From Utricularia gibba (Eukaryota > Plantae > Magnoliophyta), in assembly GCA_002189035.1 (NCBI GenBank), contig NEEC01000013.1, positions 1,922,001 to 1,986,000 of the forward strand: a stretch of DNA of 64,000 bases, given 5' to 3'. Positions 34,885 to 48,600 of the stretch are shown piece by piece (positions within the stretch are counted from its first letter, which is position 1; every line of letters starts with the position of its first letter). A program made the translations under genes and the position numbers. The notes beneath the pieces were generated by a model. It was given only the letters and a program-made list of their open reading frames with translations, did no database searches and was not told where the DNA came from.

Positions 34885-37800
34885 TCACGAAATGCCCTGA
34901 AGGGCAAGATTCAGTTCATTGGCAGACTTTGCCACAGAACCGCCCCGTCTGTAAAAAAAGCAATAGCAGGCAGTTGTTCATGCTATGTGCCCGGAGGAAG
35001 GTGACCTACTTGCTACTACCCTTGGTAAAAGGACGTACCTTGAAAGGATGGGGAGGAAGTTCTTCACTTTTTCGAGTTCCATGTGGCAAAGACTGTATCG
35101 TTCCAGCCTTGTGGTGGAAAAAAATTATAGAACCTCCAGTCAGATTGTTCAAAAATGTAGCAGGAGTGCTAAAGAAAGAAGTAAGCTGTTTTTTTTATGA
35201 CAGGAAACCACACCTTTGCTCTGCCTCAATGTCAACGCCAACGGATGGTGGTGCGGATAATGAGGAGTATATCATAGAGCCAAAGACCCTCACAAGCTTC
35301 AGAAGCAGAGAAAGTGCAATATCTTGATGCCTAAAATAAATTCCAGTTAAGAAGGTATAGTTGTGGTTGTTACAGCCATCGAAAGAACACGAAACATTAA
35401 AAAGAAGCATGATTGTCAACAATGGGTTCATATACCTATCCGTATCACTTCCAATGAGTTGTGTCAACAATGGCATGAGAGATGCACAAATATCGAGTGT
35501 AACAGCATCAATCCTATCATCCAAAACGGTTATCACATCAGCGAGCACCTGAAAGATTGGTAAAACTGAACAGAGTTAGCAAGCCTCTTCTGCCTCATAA
35601 GAATTTAAAGAAACGAGCTCACATTGCAATCACCCATTTTGCTAATGGTGGTGAGTGCACTCTTGATATCATGCCTCCGCCAGTAATCAAGAGCGATCTG
35701 CAGGTGAGCAGGGGTCATATTGTTTGTAATATATAGTAATCAGAATATCCCATAGAGTTTAAGCTCAACAGATACAGAGAAATGAACCATTTAAGACATG
35801 CATGCTGCCAACTAGAAAACTCAATCACAGTAGTATACATAGTCGTAGCATTATTTAGCCTGCATAACTAATCAAAAACTTAGAAATTAAAAATTCTTGA
35901 AATATTGGATCAGCAGGTTTTGCTCTCGGAGAAGATTATGGATTAACTGGAACATGTGAAGCAGAGAATAATAATGAATCTTCACTTGAACATGTTGAAC
36001 GAATTCAGGGAAATGATCACATTAGAACAGCGTTATATACCTGCAGTTTGCCTAAACGCGATTTTAATGAACCAACAAATTGATCATGCCGTTCCATCAG
36101 GTCAGCAATAATGTCCTCATCACAAGCAGAGGTGGACTCGCTCTCGCCAGGAAAAGGGAGATTCCTTTCCTAGATGCAATGTAAACGGGAGTCAGAGTAA
36201 GCTCGAACAGCTGATCTACATGTATGGCGCATGACAACAACTTGAGTATCGGCTGCACAGCCAACGTTATACTACAGGAACTAAAATGGATGACAAACAA
36301 GAGAACGTTCTACAAAATCAATTAGCAGGAGGTGCTTACAGTTACTGATTCCCTAGGGGCAATACTTGAAGAAAAACCTGCATGATAATTGCTTCTGTTC
36401 TTTCGATTCCAATGAGATGGAAGCTGTTTAGCTAGCCTGTTGGGCATACTTCCATTCTGATTTTCTACAGAAGGCGTGTCCAGAGTCTGATTACTCTGGG
36501 AAATTCATCTGGAGTGGGGAAAAAAAAAGAAGAAAAACTCATTTTTAAAACCTCATGTTCAAACACAGAATGCTGCAGACTGTAAGAATAATTTACGGAA
36601 TCAGAAAACTGAATATGAGCTTCAACACAAAGTTAGAGCTTCTAGAAAAGAAAAATGGAATTCCAACCAAATCCAACACTCATGTTCTGGTTTTATCAAT
36701 ATATCCATGGTAGTATGTTATGAGCAACTTACTTTTCAGGATGTCAGATAACAGTATTAAAAAAATACACTTGGAAGAGTATCAATCTGTTTCCTCCTCT
36801 CAAAAACCATTATTTCAGAGCATGCACTCTTTCCATGAAGGTTTAACAAATCTTGGAGGCAAGACCATTAAGTGAACACGAGATCGAAAAAATAACCATA
36901 TTCAAGAATCACATACATCTTTCTGGCTGATATCTCCTCAGGGAATCAGACCCATTTACTTCAGATTTTCTTGAAAACATGAGGCTATCATCCTTGGGTT
37001 TCGTCTCAGGAGCAGAAAGTACACTCTTAACCGTCCTATCAGACAGACTGAAGTTCATGACCTTAGAGAGCTCATCACCAGGAAGATTAGAGGCATTTGA
37101 CCTATCCAATTCAGGATTAATACTGGTATTTTTGCAAACATCATCTGATTTAGACTGAAAAGGTAGCATTGCAGTCTTCAACGGGACCTCTTTCTTCTGA
37201 TCAACTACTGGTTCAATCATTGGACTATTTCGTGGAACAATGACTGGAATAACTTCACATCTGTTTACTGTGGGAGCTCCCCCAGAACTAATTACCTTCC
37301 CAACTGGTCTCTTGAAGTGTGCAGCGCTACCTAAACTTGACACATTGGGCTCAGTCGTTTTTGCAATGACGTTGAAATTGGATCTTTGAGGACTTGGAGT
37401 GCTTGCAGTAGCTTCAGTCAACATAAAAAAAAAAAAAATGTAAGCAGCCTTAAGGTTAAGCTGTAAAAGGATATAAGACAACTGATACTGCAAGAAACGG
37501 AACATGAAAATTCTCACTCACATGACAGAGATTTAGAAACCTTATTCGGATCTGGATTCTGGACGGATAGCCTTGCAAAAGATCTTGTTTCCTTCAGAGA
37601 ATCAGAATTATTTGATACAGACAATTTGGCAGGATTCACCTTCATGTTTTGTTCAGTTAATACAGATGAACTTGATTTTGATTCAGAATCACCATTAAGT
37701 CGAACGGTACTGCCCATTGCATAAGGTTCAATACGCTACCAAAAAATAAAAGCAAGTTCATGAGCAACAATGCCTTTGAAACACTGCAATTTCTCTATCT

Positions 37801-39978
37801 GAAAAAATTTAAAAAAAAACACTACAACTATCCATACCGAAATATCAACAACCCAAACTCCAACACAGCTTTGATTATAAGAACATCCTAGAAGCTTCCC
37901 TTCATGAACGGTCATATCTGATAATCTTGACCACCCCACATCCACTGTATCATGACTCCTGATTGGTTCCCATGAGAAAACCTGAAAGCAAAAATTGAGG
38001 TCAAGCAGTGTTACCTGAAAGACAAAACCAAAAAAAAAAAAAAGAAAGACATTGTATTAGTAACGTACATACTTTCAAATTCTCATGCAGACCACAGAGT
38101 AGGGTTCTCCCATCAGGGTTAAAGGTCATACAACGAACTCCTGTGGACTGATTTTGAGATAACGAGAAATTATTATAAAGATATGAATCCCAGGTTCAAC
38201 AACAAGAGAACCGTAAGTGAAAACAAGTAACCTCGGGCCCAGCAGAACCAATTAGTTCAAAAGTTTCAAGATCCCAGAATTTTACAGTTCGGTCAGATGA
38301 GCCTAACAAGGAATAGATGAGAAGCCATTGAACTGAGGGAATCACTAGAGACGATTATAATCAACGTAAGCACATCATGAAATTCCACCTGTTGCCAGCA
38401 AGAATTCATGAGGATGAAAATCAATGCACTGTATTTGGCCTTCATGACATTTGAAATCATGCAAAAGCTTGCCTGCAGTTAAATCCCATAGCTGTATTTT
38501 CAGGGATAGAAATAGAGTTAGAGACAACTGAATGTATATAGCCTTTTAAAAAATTAAATTACACATGCAAATTTTAAATTTGTAAATCTGACTGAAAACA
38601 TCGGCATGAGTTTGAAATTGCCAAAATAAGAGAGAATTCTAAGAATTACAGTGATTCGTGATTCATGTTGGTTTTCTTGAAACTTAGGATGAGAAAATGT
38701 CATAACACCAGTTCTGAATCAAAAGTGATTTAAAAAAAAGGAATACCAGACCTTTACAGTGTTATCCTCTCCACCGGACACTACCCACCTCCCATCAGGA
38801 GTAAATCTGATTGAATTAACACCCCGAGTATGCCCTTTGTAAGTGTGTATACATCCCTTCCGCCGAATGTCCCATATTTTGAGGTTGGTGTCCAGAGAAC
38901 CAGAAGCAAAAAACTCCCCAAAAGGGTGAAAGTCCAAAGATATGCAGTTGGAACGATGGCCAGTGAGTGTGCGAATGACTGTAGAAGGGAAAAAATATAT
39001 GAAAAAGGGTGCAGTAGCTCCTCATGTATTCATAAATATGCAATGAAAAAATATTACCTTTAGCCTCCTCCAAATCCCATAGCTTAATAGTACCACTTGC
39101 AGCTCCTGCAGCTACCAAGACCTCTGAAGAATCAAAGCTTACTGAATCGATCCCACTTGAGTGGCCGGACAAACTCTATGAGTTGAACATGAGTGGACCA
39201 CACATCAGCTTTAATTCGAGGTTTATGCAAATGCTCACAAGTTGTTTGTCAAGAGGAAATGGAAGCATCGCACACATGTAGAATGAAATCTTTACAGCAA
39301 TGGAGCCTGGGGGCAAAGAGAATAACAAGAAAGTACCAATAACATACCAATATGGCATTAGGCTTGCCAATAGCCCAGAGATTGACCTTGTGATCTTCTC
39401 CTCCTGTAACAAGAACCCTTGAAGATTTCCTTCCAATCTTCAAGCAGTTCACACTTAAAGAATGGGCCACAAATTCCTCTATAATGAAGGGTCGTTAAGG
39501 TGTGCAAGAATCGCAAACACCATGTCAAGAACATATAATGCGAAATAATCGAGTTACGGCACTAATTTCTCTGTTATTAAACAGAGCTCATCCTCATGCG
39601 CGCATCATGCAGTAAAATTTTCGGCTTGGTGTGCGGAATGCGAAAAGAGATTTAAATCACAGAAGCATCCAGCAAATGCCACAGAAAATAAAAGATCAAA
39701 TTTTCGTTATCTTCCACACTCATCCATATGCTCAACATCTTTGGCACCTGAAAGCGTATACAGTTAAAAGAAACAAGATTCGGGATATAATTCTACATGC
39801 TTACCATGCCAAAGAACACGTTTTCCAATCAAAGAGAAATCAGATAAACATCAGACAGGCGGCTCTCTATTCACCTCCAAAACGAGATTCCAAATTCTTG
39901 AGTTCATAGGACGATAAGGAAAGAATGCATTTATGAAAGGATACGGAGCTTATATGCACGTTTAGTGGGGGCCGTCAT
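34885..39978 (-). CDS. KTN80: Katanin p80 WD40 subunit B1, multi-exon; first coding intron is U12-type
   Basis: [11 protein letters not shown]|[97 protein letters not shown], con80 region [13 protein letters not shown], ending [19 protein letters not shown] (TGA 34885-34887). Confidence 0.95.
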
Positions 39979-41036
39979 TTCACCGCTCCCAGATAAATTC
40001 CTGCCAAAAAACCAGCACAAACCGTAGCCCAGAAACAAAAATTAGAATAATCTCGCAGATCCCAAGAAATAGGCGCCAACCGCGTTCGCATTCCTTCAAG
40101 TACCTCGGACCGTCAATTGATCACGTCAAGTTTGAAGAAATGCCTGAAAAACTCCCCATTGTCATTTACGTGCTCCTGGGTTCACGAATCAGAATCAGCA
40201 GAGCCCAACACCATGCGAGCTGTCCGGGAAATTTGGTTCCTTTCAAGAAAATAACCAGCGTCGGCAAGAAAAGCACAGAACAGAGAAGAGGCGAGATGTC
40301 GCTTTCCAGATCCAAGCTTCACACTTCGTTGGATTGCAACTTCGCAACTTCGAAAATTGACAGGCGTTGCAGTCAAAGTTTGATATACATTTTTTTCTGC
40401 AGCCACAAGGATGCAAACCCAAGATTCTGTTAAATAGGAATTTTTGAGGTTTGGGGTCAATTTCTGTTTGAACTTTTGAGTTCGATGGATTTCTGCATTC
40501 ATTATTTTGTCGCAGGGCCCAACAGTTTGTGATTTCTCATTTTAACCCCTCATTTCTTCGAAATCTCCCATCAGTTCCAATTTCCTAAAGATTAGGGCGA
40601 ATTTTTGTCTTTTCCAAATTGGTGTGATGGTTTCCAAGACTCCGCCGCCGGAGGTCCGCCGGCCAACGGGAAGCCAGGGGAATGAACGGTGCGCTAGGCG
40701 GGAAGGGTCGATTCTGATTTGCCATTCCATCGACATTACTAATTCCCGTTCCACCGGTGAGTAAAAATGTGGATCCAAGTTCTCAACAAGATGACAGGGC
40801 GGCACAAGAAGGCAAGCTACTATTACATGGATACTGCTAATCTAGATGCCAACCAGCCGTCCGTAGAAAATGAAAACTGATAGAGGGGCATGCTATTTTT
40901 ATTGATCTGCTTCAGCAGTGAGCTCATGCTGCAAAAATGGCTACGCCATTCTCTTTCTGAAGAGATGGATTGAAGCCCTGCCTGGCGATGCAGCTTTCAA
41001 GGAGGAGGCTGGCGAGTCACCATCCGTGGCTCATGC

Positions 41037-42626
41037 TTAGGCGACGTCACCATTTCCAGTGAGCGGAGTTGGAGAGCTGAAAAGCGATGGCCGATTATTA
41101 CTAGAGACCAGTAAGCTAACAAAAAGGATTAAGTTCTTGGACAAGTTGAAGGGCATGCACCTGCGACATGGGTGGGAAAATGCGACTGGCGAGTTCCTCA
41201 TTTAGGACGATAGGGAGAGGAGGCATTTGGCTCATGATTCCAGGTGCGGTTCTCATGCTGCATTTAGGAACTTGAGAATGTTTTGAAGAAGATGCAACTC
41301 CAAAGCTAGCAAGATGAAACTCACTTGTTCAATATTTTAGTTAAGTTGCTCTTCGTTTGAGAGAAGAGATCGATATTCTGCTGCAACTGCATAGAGAAAA
41401 CAGATTATAGGTGCAGTGCTGGAGGACTTTGGGTTCATTAGCAATGACTTCTGGACACTTAGTAATGTAAACTGTGCTGATCCGTAACTTGTAGCAAGGA
41501 GGATACTATACCTTGAGTGATGAAAGATTCACAAAAATTAGATGGAAAGCCCGGTTATTTTCTTCTAAAAGGTGCCTGGAGGCTCCAAAGATGGCTGCAA
41601 CAGCAGACAAAAGGGATCAAGAAATTAAGGAGACTCCCAACAAGGAATTCAACTTGCACAGTAGAATGGGAAACAGAGGATGAGTTCAACAGTGAAACAG
41701 ACCTTCAGAAAGCATGGAATGGCTCCGATCCTTGTCATTTGTAGTTAAAGAGAAGGCGTTCACTGAAGAAAAGCTGTCCTTGAATGATGACCCGGCGAAA
41801 TGTTCCTAAGAAACCAGTTGGTCCAATCCTCAGAATGCCATGCTTGAGTCTATAGTGTAATATCCTACTTATTCAAAAGAAAAATGATACCTTGGTGTCT
41901 GAAACTTTCTGCACGAAGTCTTGGTCCCCTGGTTTCCTCCTCTTTCTCTAACAAAAGAAATCGTGCCCATCAGGTGAAACGTGGATTCAACACACCAGAG
42001 GTATTAGAAAGGGAAATGGCCTTACCCCCATCCATTTACACCGAAGGGCAACATCCCGTACAGACTTGTTTCTCAGAGAAGCTGCAACCTTCACATAACG
42101 CATAATATTGGGTTCATTTGCATACCTGTGGGTGAAAAAAATCAACAAGTGAGAAACTACTTCTCAAGTTCAAAGGATGAGAAACCAGGAGTAAACGGCA
42201 ACGCGAGCCTTCAGATCTCTGGTTTTACATAATGGGAACTGAGTTGTCGGAAAAAGGAGGGACCTTTAGAACACAAGAAGCAGCAGCATTACATTTCACC
42301 GTGGAACCGAGTAACCCAGAAAAAGAAAAGCTCATTCCTGAAAACAACGAACAAGTATAAAAAAACTAACATCGAAAGTCCGCCCTCCAACTTGTACTGC
42401 TCATCAGCCGACCACTCAACGGCGAGCCCGGTGTCATGCTTCAACCCAGTCGAGTCAAGAAGAAGAAGGGATGGTGAGGAAGAAGAAGCGATCATTCCTA
42501 GTCCTCCCCCAACTGGGTTTCCGTAGTAACCGCCAACGGAGGTAAAATCACCCGGCGCTGCGGATTTGAACAGCATCTCCTGGTGCTGTTGGGGGAACCT
42601 GGAGGAAGGGGTCGCTCCCTAGCCAT
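41037..42626 (-). CDS. DUF3755-domain / SANT-like protein, multi-exon; probable 1-bp deletion at G5 42591-42595
   Basis: GLKHDTGLAVEWSADEQYKLE|YANEPNIMRYVKVAASLRNKSVRDVALRCKWM, RHLLEENNRAF, LQQNIDLF, PGIMSQMPPLP. ATG at 42624-42626 (AAAAATGG) needs +1 C to join MLFKSAAPG. 3' end uncertain; last firm exon ends ~41161. Confidence 0.8.
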
Positions 42627-44827
42627 TTTTTCTCAAGGAGAAGGCAAAGGAATTCAGGTGAGCTTTTGGGGTCGCATTACTTGACTGCGGAGGAGGCAGC
42701 AGCAGGAGCAGGTAGATGCACAAATTGGGAGAAAGAATCCAAAAGCTAATTTCCGAAATTGGAACAGAATAATTGACAACTGATCTGTAGTTGTACTTGG
42801 ATGTCTCAACCAAAGAAAAAGGTATAGAATAGAGTAGAGTAGCTTATCCCCCATTAATGTACCCCTCCCCTACTTCTCCTTCTTCTTCTTCTTCAATACC
42901 CCATTTTTTCACACTTTTCCTTCACATCTAAAAACTGGGAATAATTCAAAACCATGGGAAGCCGAAGGAGTTTCTATGGTTCTGAAGAAATGGTGAAACA
43001 TAACCCGCACACAGTCCAGGCCCGGACCCACCCAACTGCATGAGCAACACTACAAGATTAGAAAGTGAAGAGACAGAAGATGCATTGACAACTTCACAGA
43101 GCATCGGCAGTTCTTCCCACAACTTTTTACATTGAACCTTTTTCAAAACTACTTTACAAAAAAATCATCTTCATTGCACACAACGGTCAAGAAGAAGCAT
43201 CTCTTCCATTCCATGGGGTTGCAGCAAAGTACACAGAGATGCTTCAAAGCATACTTGTCTGGATTGCATTTCCCCATCTCTCAGTATGATGATGGCATTC
43301 ATGCCTTGTGGTCCTCCATGAACAGAAGTTTGAGAGCCACTGGGGTACTCCAGAAACCGGGTTTCCGACCCGTTTCAATCACACGCCCATTCTTTTTACC
43401 ATGCTTTCACCGCAGTCATTTTGGTAGCGAAAGGTTATCGGACCAGATTACCACTTCTAGCCCATTAATTAAGGTCTGGTGTGTATTAATAATTTTTTAA
43501 AATTATTGAATTTTTTTCAACTTTTATTTTAATAATTACATAAAAAATTAGAAAAATTATAATATTTTTATAATAATTTAATATTATATTTTTTAAACCA
43601 AAATGCATACCATGGGGTTAAATTCATTCGGCGCGGAGCGCGTTCTACGAAGGAGACAGTTGCAGGGTGTGTAAACAGTAAAAGGTGAAAGCGACTGATG
43701 AGGAAAATATGTAATTTGTGTGTTATAATATAAAAATATAGAAAAAATATCCAATTGAATATGATTTTATTATTAAATATGATTGATTTTTATTTCAAAA
43801 AATGAAAATTTCAAAATTCTCAACAAAAAAAATGAAAGATGTACGGCCTCCATTCTATTGGATCGGCTATCAAAACTCATAACTGGTTTTGATGGTATGG
43901 AACGAAACGGAAATTGTTGGTGGTTGTTGTCGGTTTTCTTTGACAGGAAGTAATAAATGACTGAAAAGCTGGGATTTTTTTGTCCATTGCCTTTTACGTT
44001 TTTTATATTTAATTCCAATACTTAAAACTAAAAATATGTTAAAAACATTCCGTTGTTTTGTGAATTATCAATCAAGAGATTAAACACAATAAATTAAACC
44101 AAATGAAAAGTGGTATTGGTCACAACAAAATCAAACAGAAATCCGATAAACTAAATAATTGCGAGTCATCAAACAAAGATAATTCCTTGATTAACACGAT
44201 GGTTTCTATGTATGATAATGGGGATTTTCTATTATAGATTAAAACGAAAAATTATATTGAAATTGATTATTTTTTTAATTTTTTAACAAATCATTTCATT
44301 TTGTATAATATTATTCGTTTTAGATACTCAAATTTAACGATTCGATATTTTTCCAATCTTTGGCTTGTCTTCTCAAAAAATCATCCATCCTCACATTATT
44401 CTAAGCTAATTATGTTTAATTTTGAAATTACTATTAATTACTCTTTGTCGTGCTTGAAAAAATATTTAGTTTAATAGTTATATGATTATTTTATTCAATT
44501 TCATCATTTCCTTCCATCTATAACTAACGTGAATGAATTTGACTAGAATCATTACCACCTTTGGGCAAATCATCATAAATATACATATCAAAAGATTATC
44601 AGATTTCTAAATTATGGGATGATAAATATGCTTTTTTGTTGCTTTGCACGATAGGTGGTCTTCCTTTCATCTTAGCTATTTTTGATCACATGCGAACACA
44701 GTGATTAAAATGTTACACCAGGTGGTCTCAAGCACGTGTTTCATCTTGCTGGATGTTGCCTCCAGGAGCTCTTACCGACTTCACACATCTCACTTGCCTG
44801 GGCTTTATAGATCTCTGGAATCCAAAG

Positions 44828-44988
44828 TATTAGAATACATAATTACACAACGAAACATAAAAATAAAATAGTTAAATAGATCACAAATAATTGATTAAAT
44901 TTAATCTTTTCTATTATAATCTAAGTTTATTGTGTACTTGTATTTAAAGAATGAGGTGGTCCTATCCATGGCATCTTTAATTTCAAAA
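44828..44988 (+). mobile_element. Degenerate solo LTR of the same TRIM family
   Basis: TATTAGAATACA...AAATAGTTAAATA..GATCACAA.TAATTGATTAAATTTAATCTTTTCTATTATAATC...TTGTGTACTTG...TAATTTCAAAA resembles the 30074/30465 LTRs; no TSD. Confidence 0.7.
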
Positions 44989-45686
44989 CTAATAAACTAG
45001 TTCACAACTTGGGTTTGTTTTTTGTTGCAGGAGATGACCACCTTGGAGACGCCAAAGATTTCTAACAGCCTGCTTCATTCCGACATCTCCGACCAGATAT
45101 CATTCCTCGGTCTCCACTCAAACCGTCTCTTCGGATCCTTATCAGGCATATTATGCAATAACAAGACAAGAATCCATCGCAGAATCAAGTAGCATCCCAT
45201 CCCAGAGTTGGGTGCCAGCAAGAAATGAGATCCCAGTTCCATATAAAATCTGGGGAAAAAAACATCAGGGAACAAACATCTGGAACAATTCCTACCAACG
45301 AGCCTTTGGGCTAGGGCATTAGATGATCCCGACATTAATTGATTTGGGCGACCCGTTCTAATACCGGGTCAAATGGATCTCAACTCGGACGGCCCAATAT
45401 CAGAAACTCGGTCATACCCAGGATATAATAATAATTCTGGTTTTTGTATGCTTTCCGATTTCCGAAGCCGGATCTCCTTCGTCTCCGTGTCTCCAGCCAC
45501 GCGCACTTCATCAACTCTGCCGCCGCTTCAATTGCCACTTCCGGGGGCGTGGTGCAGTGAGTATGTTTGGTATCTTTCTGGCTCGGTGGTTTACGTTTTC
45601 GATCGAGAGGATGTCGGTTGTAATTTGAGAGCTAGGTTTTTGTTGTTGTCACACACGTATTTGATTTTTGGTTTTAAGTCGAAACA

Positions 45687-48600
45687 ATGAAAAGCCGATC
45701 ACACCGACCTCCGATGTTGGAACCGCGCCACGACGACTGGGTCGATGGATCCTGGACCGTGGATTGTATTTGCGGGGTGAATTTCGATGACGGTGAGGAA
45801 ATGGTGGACTGTGATGAGTGCGGGGTCTGGGTGCACACTCGTTGTTCTCGCTATGTCAAGAGTGAGAAATCTTTTTCTTGTGACAAGTGCAAGAGCAAGA
45901 ACGGTGTCGGTGGTAATAGGAATGATAGTGAAGAAACGGAGGTAGCCGAGTTTCTTCTTGAGTTGCCTACCAAAACGATGCTGGACGCGCCTAATCCTGC
46001 CTCCATCGCTTCGCGTAAAACTTTTAAGCTTTGGACTGATATCCCCATGGAGAAAAGGGTTCATGTGCAAGGGGTCCCTGGGGGGAACCTGGGTTTTTTG
46101 AGCGGAGTAAAATGTCCTCTATTTTTGGTCCTCGATTGTGGAATTGTGCTGGCTATGTTCCTAAGCAGTTTACTTTTCAGTATACCGAGTTCCCATGTTT
46201 GGTTGAGGAAAAGTCTGAGGATGAGATGGACAAGGAAAGTGGTGAAGGAAATGGGGATCAAGTGAATGATGGTGCGGGGGCTCTCATTTCATTTTTAAGG
46301 GTTGCCAAAAGTCCCTTTCCCACTTCAAATGGAAACCCCGTGCTAAACTGCCCTTCTGATGTTCCTGTTTCTGGTCAACTACTATCGCCCACCCAGAACA
46401 AGAAGTCTGATGTTGAAAACCCTGAAATGCCCTGCACTGGGCAAAGCTTATGCGAGGAGGCCACCTCAGAGCCTGTTGTGCTAGACTCCACAAAGCGTGA
46501 GGTGAAACAAAATATTATGCTTAATGACCAACAAGTGAAGAAGTTGAGGACCGCGGAAAAAGATGGAGACTTTGACAATCAAGTCTCTAGAGATTCCGAA
46601 GCAGGTAAGGGTGAGTCATCTTTCTATTATTCCATTTTTTGATGGAATTTCTTGTTGTTTTTGGCCTGTTTTCTATTCAAAATGTAAATCTTCTGCGCTT
46701 GAAATGTGATTGTTCAGGGCACATAACTCACACCTCTCCTCGGATACCACTAGATTCAAGTGATGTGAAGCACTTTGATTCTTCTCAAGAAAGAGGCTCC
46801 AAAGCTTCCAACCACCATCCAGGAGAATGTGCTACTAACTTGGCTTTGAAGGGACATAATCTTAACCATGGTGACTCATCCATAGTCGAGAATAAGGAAG
46901 CTGAAAGAAGACCAGGAAGCTCCATCAAAACGTGCAGCGATGTAAAATCATCAACCAAATTTGCTGAAAGTCGGTATATGCCTCTGAAAGAAAAGGTTTT
47001 TTTCTCATCTCCTGATTATGCGTTAACACAATGCAACTTCTTTGAGCATATCTGTTCATATTTAAAAATCGTTCATGTACTTTTGACCTACGTCAAAATA
47101 GTGTATATCAAGCAAGTTTCTTAAAACAAGAGCAACTCTTCTATCTTCGATTCCTCAATTTTAGGACACTTGTTACTCCAGTTTTCCATATGAGGTGATT
47201 ATGTCATTTGACTTCAGAATAAATTAAAAACAGGTTCCCAATGTTTCTTCTCAAAGTACTGATGTTGTGGCTGGAAGTACTGGAAGATCGGGAACTGAGT
47301 TTCTAGCCAATAATCCAGTGGCAGAGTATTCGATTACTGGAGGTTCAGAGGCTGAAAAGGCTGAGGATGATCAGAAACTAGCGACTGATATGGCTAATGA
47401 GCGACCTATGAAGAAACAAAAACGTGAGTCAGTTGATGAATATAGTGAGATCAATTTGAAGAATGGAAAAGCCACCATTGAATATTCCGATGTTTTTGCT
47501 GAAGGAGTTAAGTTGCCAAAGACGTTGGCAATGGGTCCTGAATCCAATGATTCTCAGTTGCACTATGCAGGGGAGAACCAGAATCTAAATATTGATGATT
47601 GCAAAGCAGATAATCCTGATTACTCGTCTCCTGATTTGTATGATGCAAAGATAGAATCTAAAACTTCAGAAGTCGATCTGGGACCTAGAAAAAAGTCTTT
47701 AAACATTAGAAATTCTTCAGAGGTTCCAGATGGGATACTCAAGTTGAATGGAGATTCCCAGATGCACTTCGTCGGTGCTACTTCAGTGAAATCAAGTTCA
47801 AATTCTGGCGGTATGGCATATAGTTCCACAGGTGATCATGTGGCACTGGATTCGAGAAGTCTTTCCACTCATAATGGGCTGAAAGATTTATCTGAGCGCA
47901 TTGTTGGGAACATGAGAGGCCATGCTTCGGCTGATATGCTTGAGCAAAATCCAAAATGTGGGAGGCCGAAGAAAATTGCTAAAGAATCTTCTGGATCAGG
48001 TTTTGTATCAAAAATTCCAGATTCAACCAAAATTTCTCACACGTCCAATTCCAGGGGAACGTGCTCTGATTCAAAGGATTTCAGCTTCTCATCCTCTAAT
48101 GTACCTCACTTGCGAAGTGTTTCTTGCACTCGTTTTTCGGATAATGGTGTCAACCAGTCACCCGGTCTCCAGGATAAAGTATCAGCTGCATCTGTTCCAA
48201 GCAAAGGAGAGAAAGTTCGCCAGTCTATCTGTCAGACCTTGTCCAAAGGAAATATAGCTTCTGCGTCTGCATCATCAAATGTTCCTGCAGCACTAAGTGA
48301 TGAAGAGGTACAATGAAATAATTTCAAGTCCATGTTTTGCTTTAAGAACACATTTTACCTTTAGAAATTATGTGCTGGCAGCTTGCTTTGCTCTTACATC
48401 AAGAGCTTAATAGTTCCCCAAGAGTCCCCAGAGTCTCACGGATGCGTAATGCTGGCAGTTTACCTCAGATAACTAGTTCAAGTGGAGGAAAAGAGCAAAT
48501 TCTGGTACCCCCCTTGGGTTAACTCAAGCTTCTAGCAGTTTTTTTTTCTTCACCTAAATGATGAATCTTCTCATAATATTTTTTTTGTAATGTGATAAAT

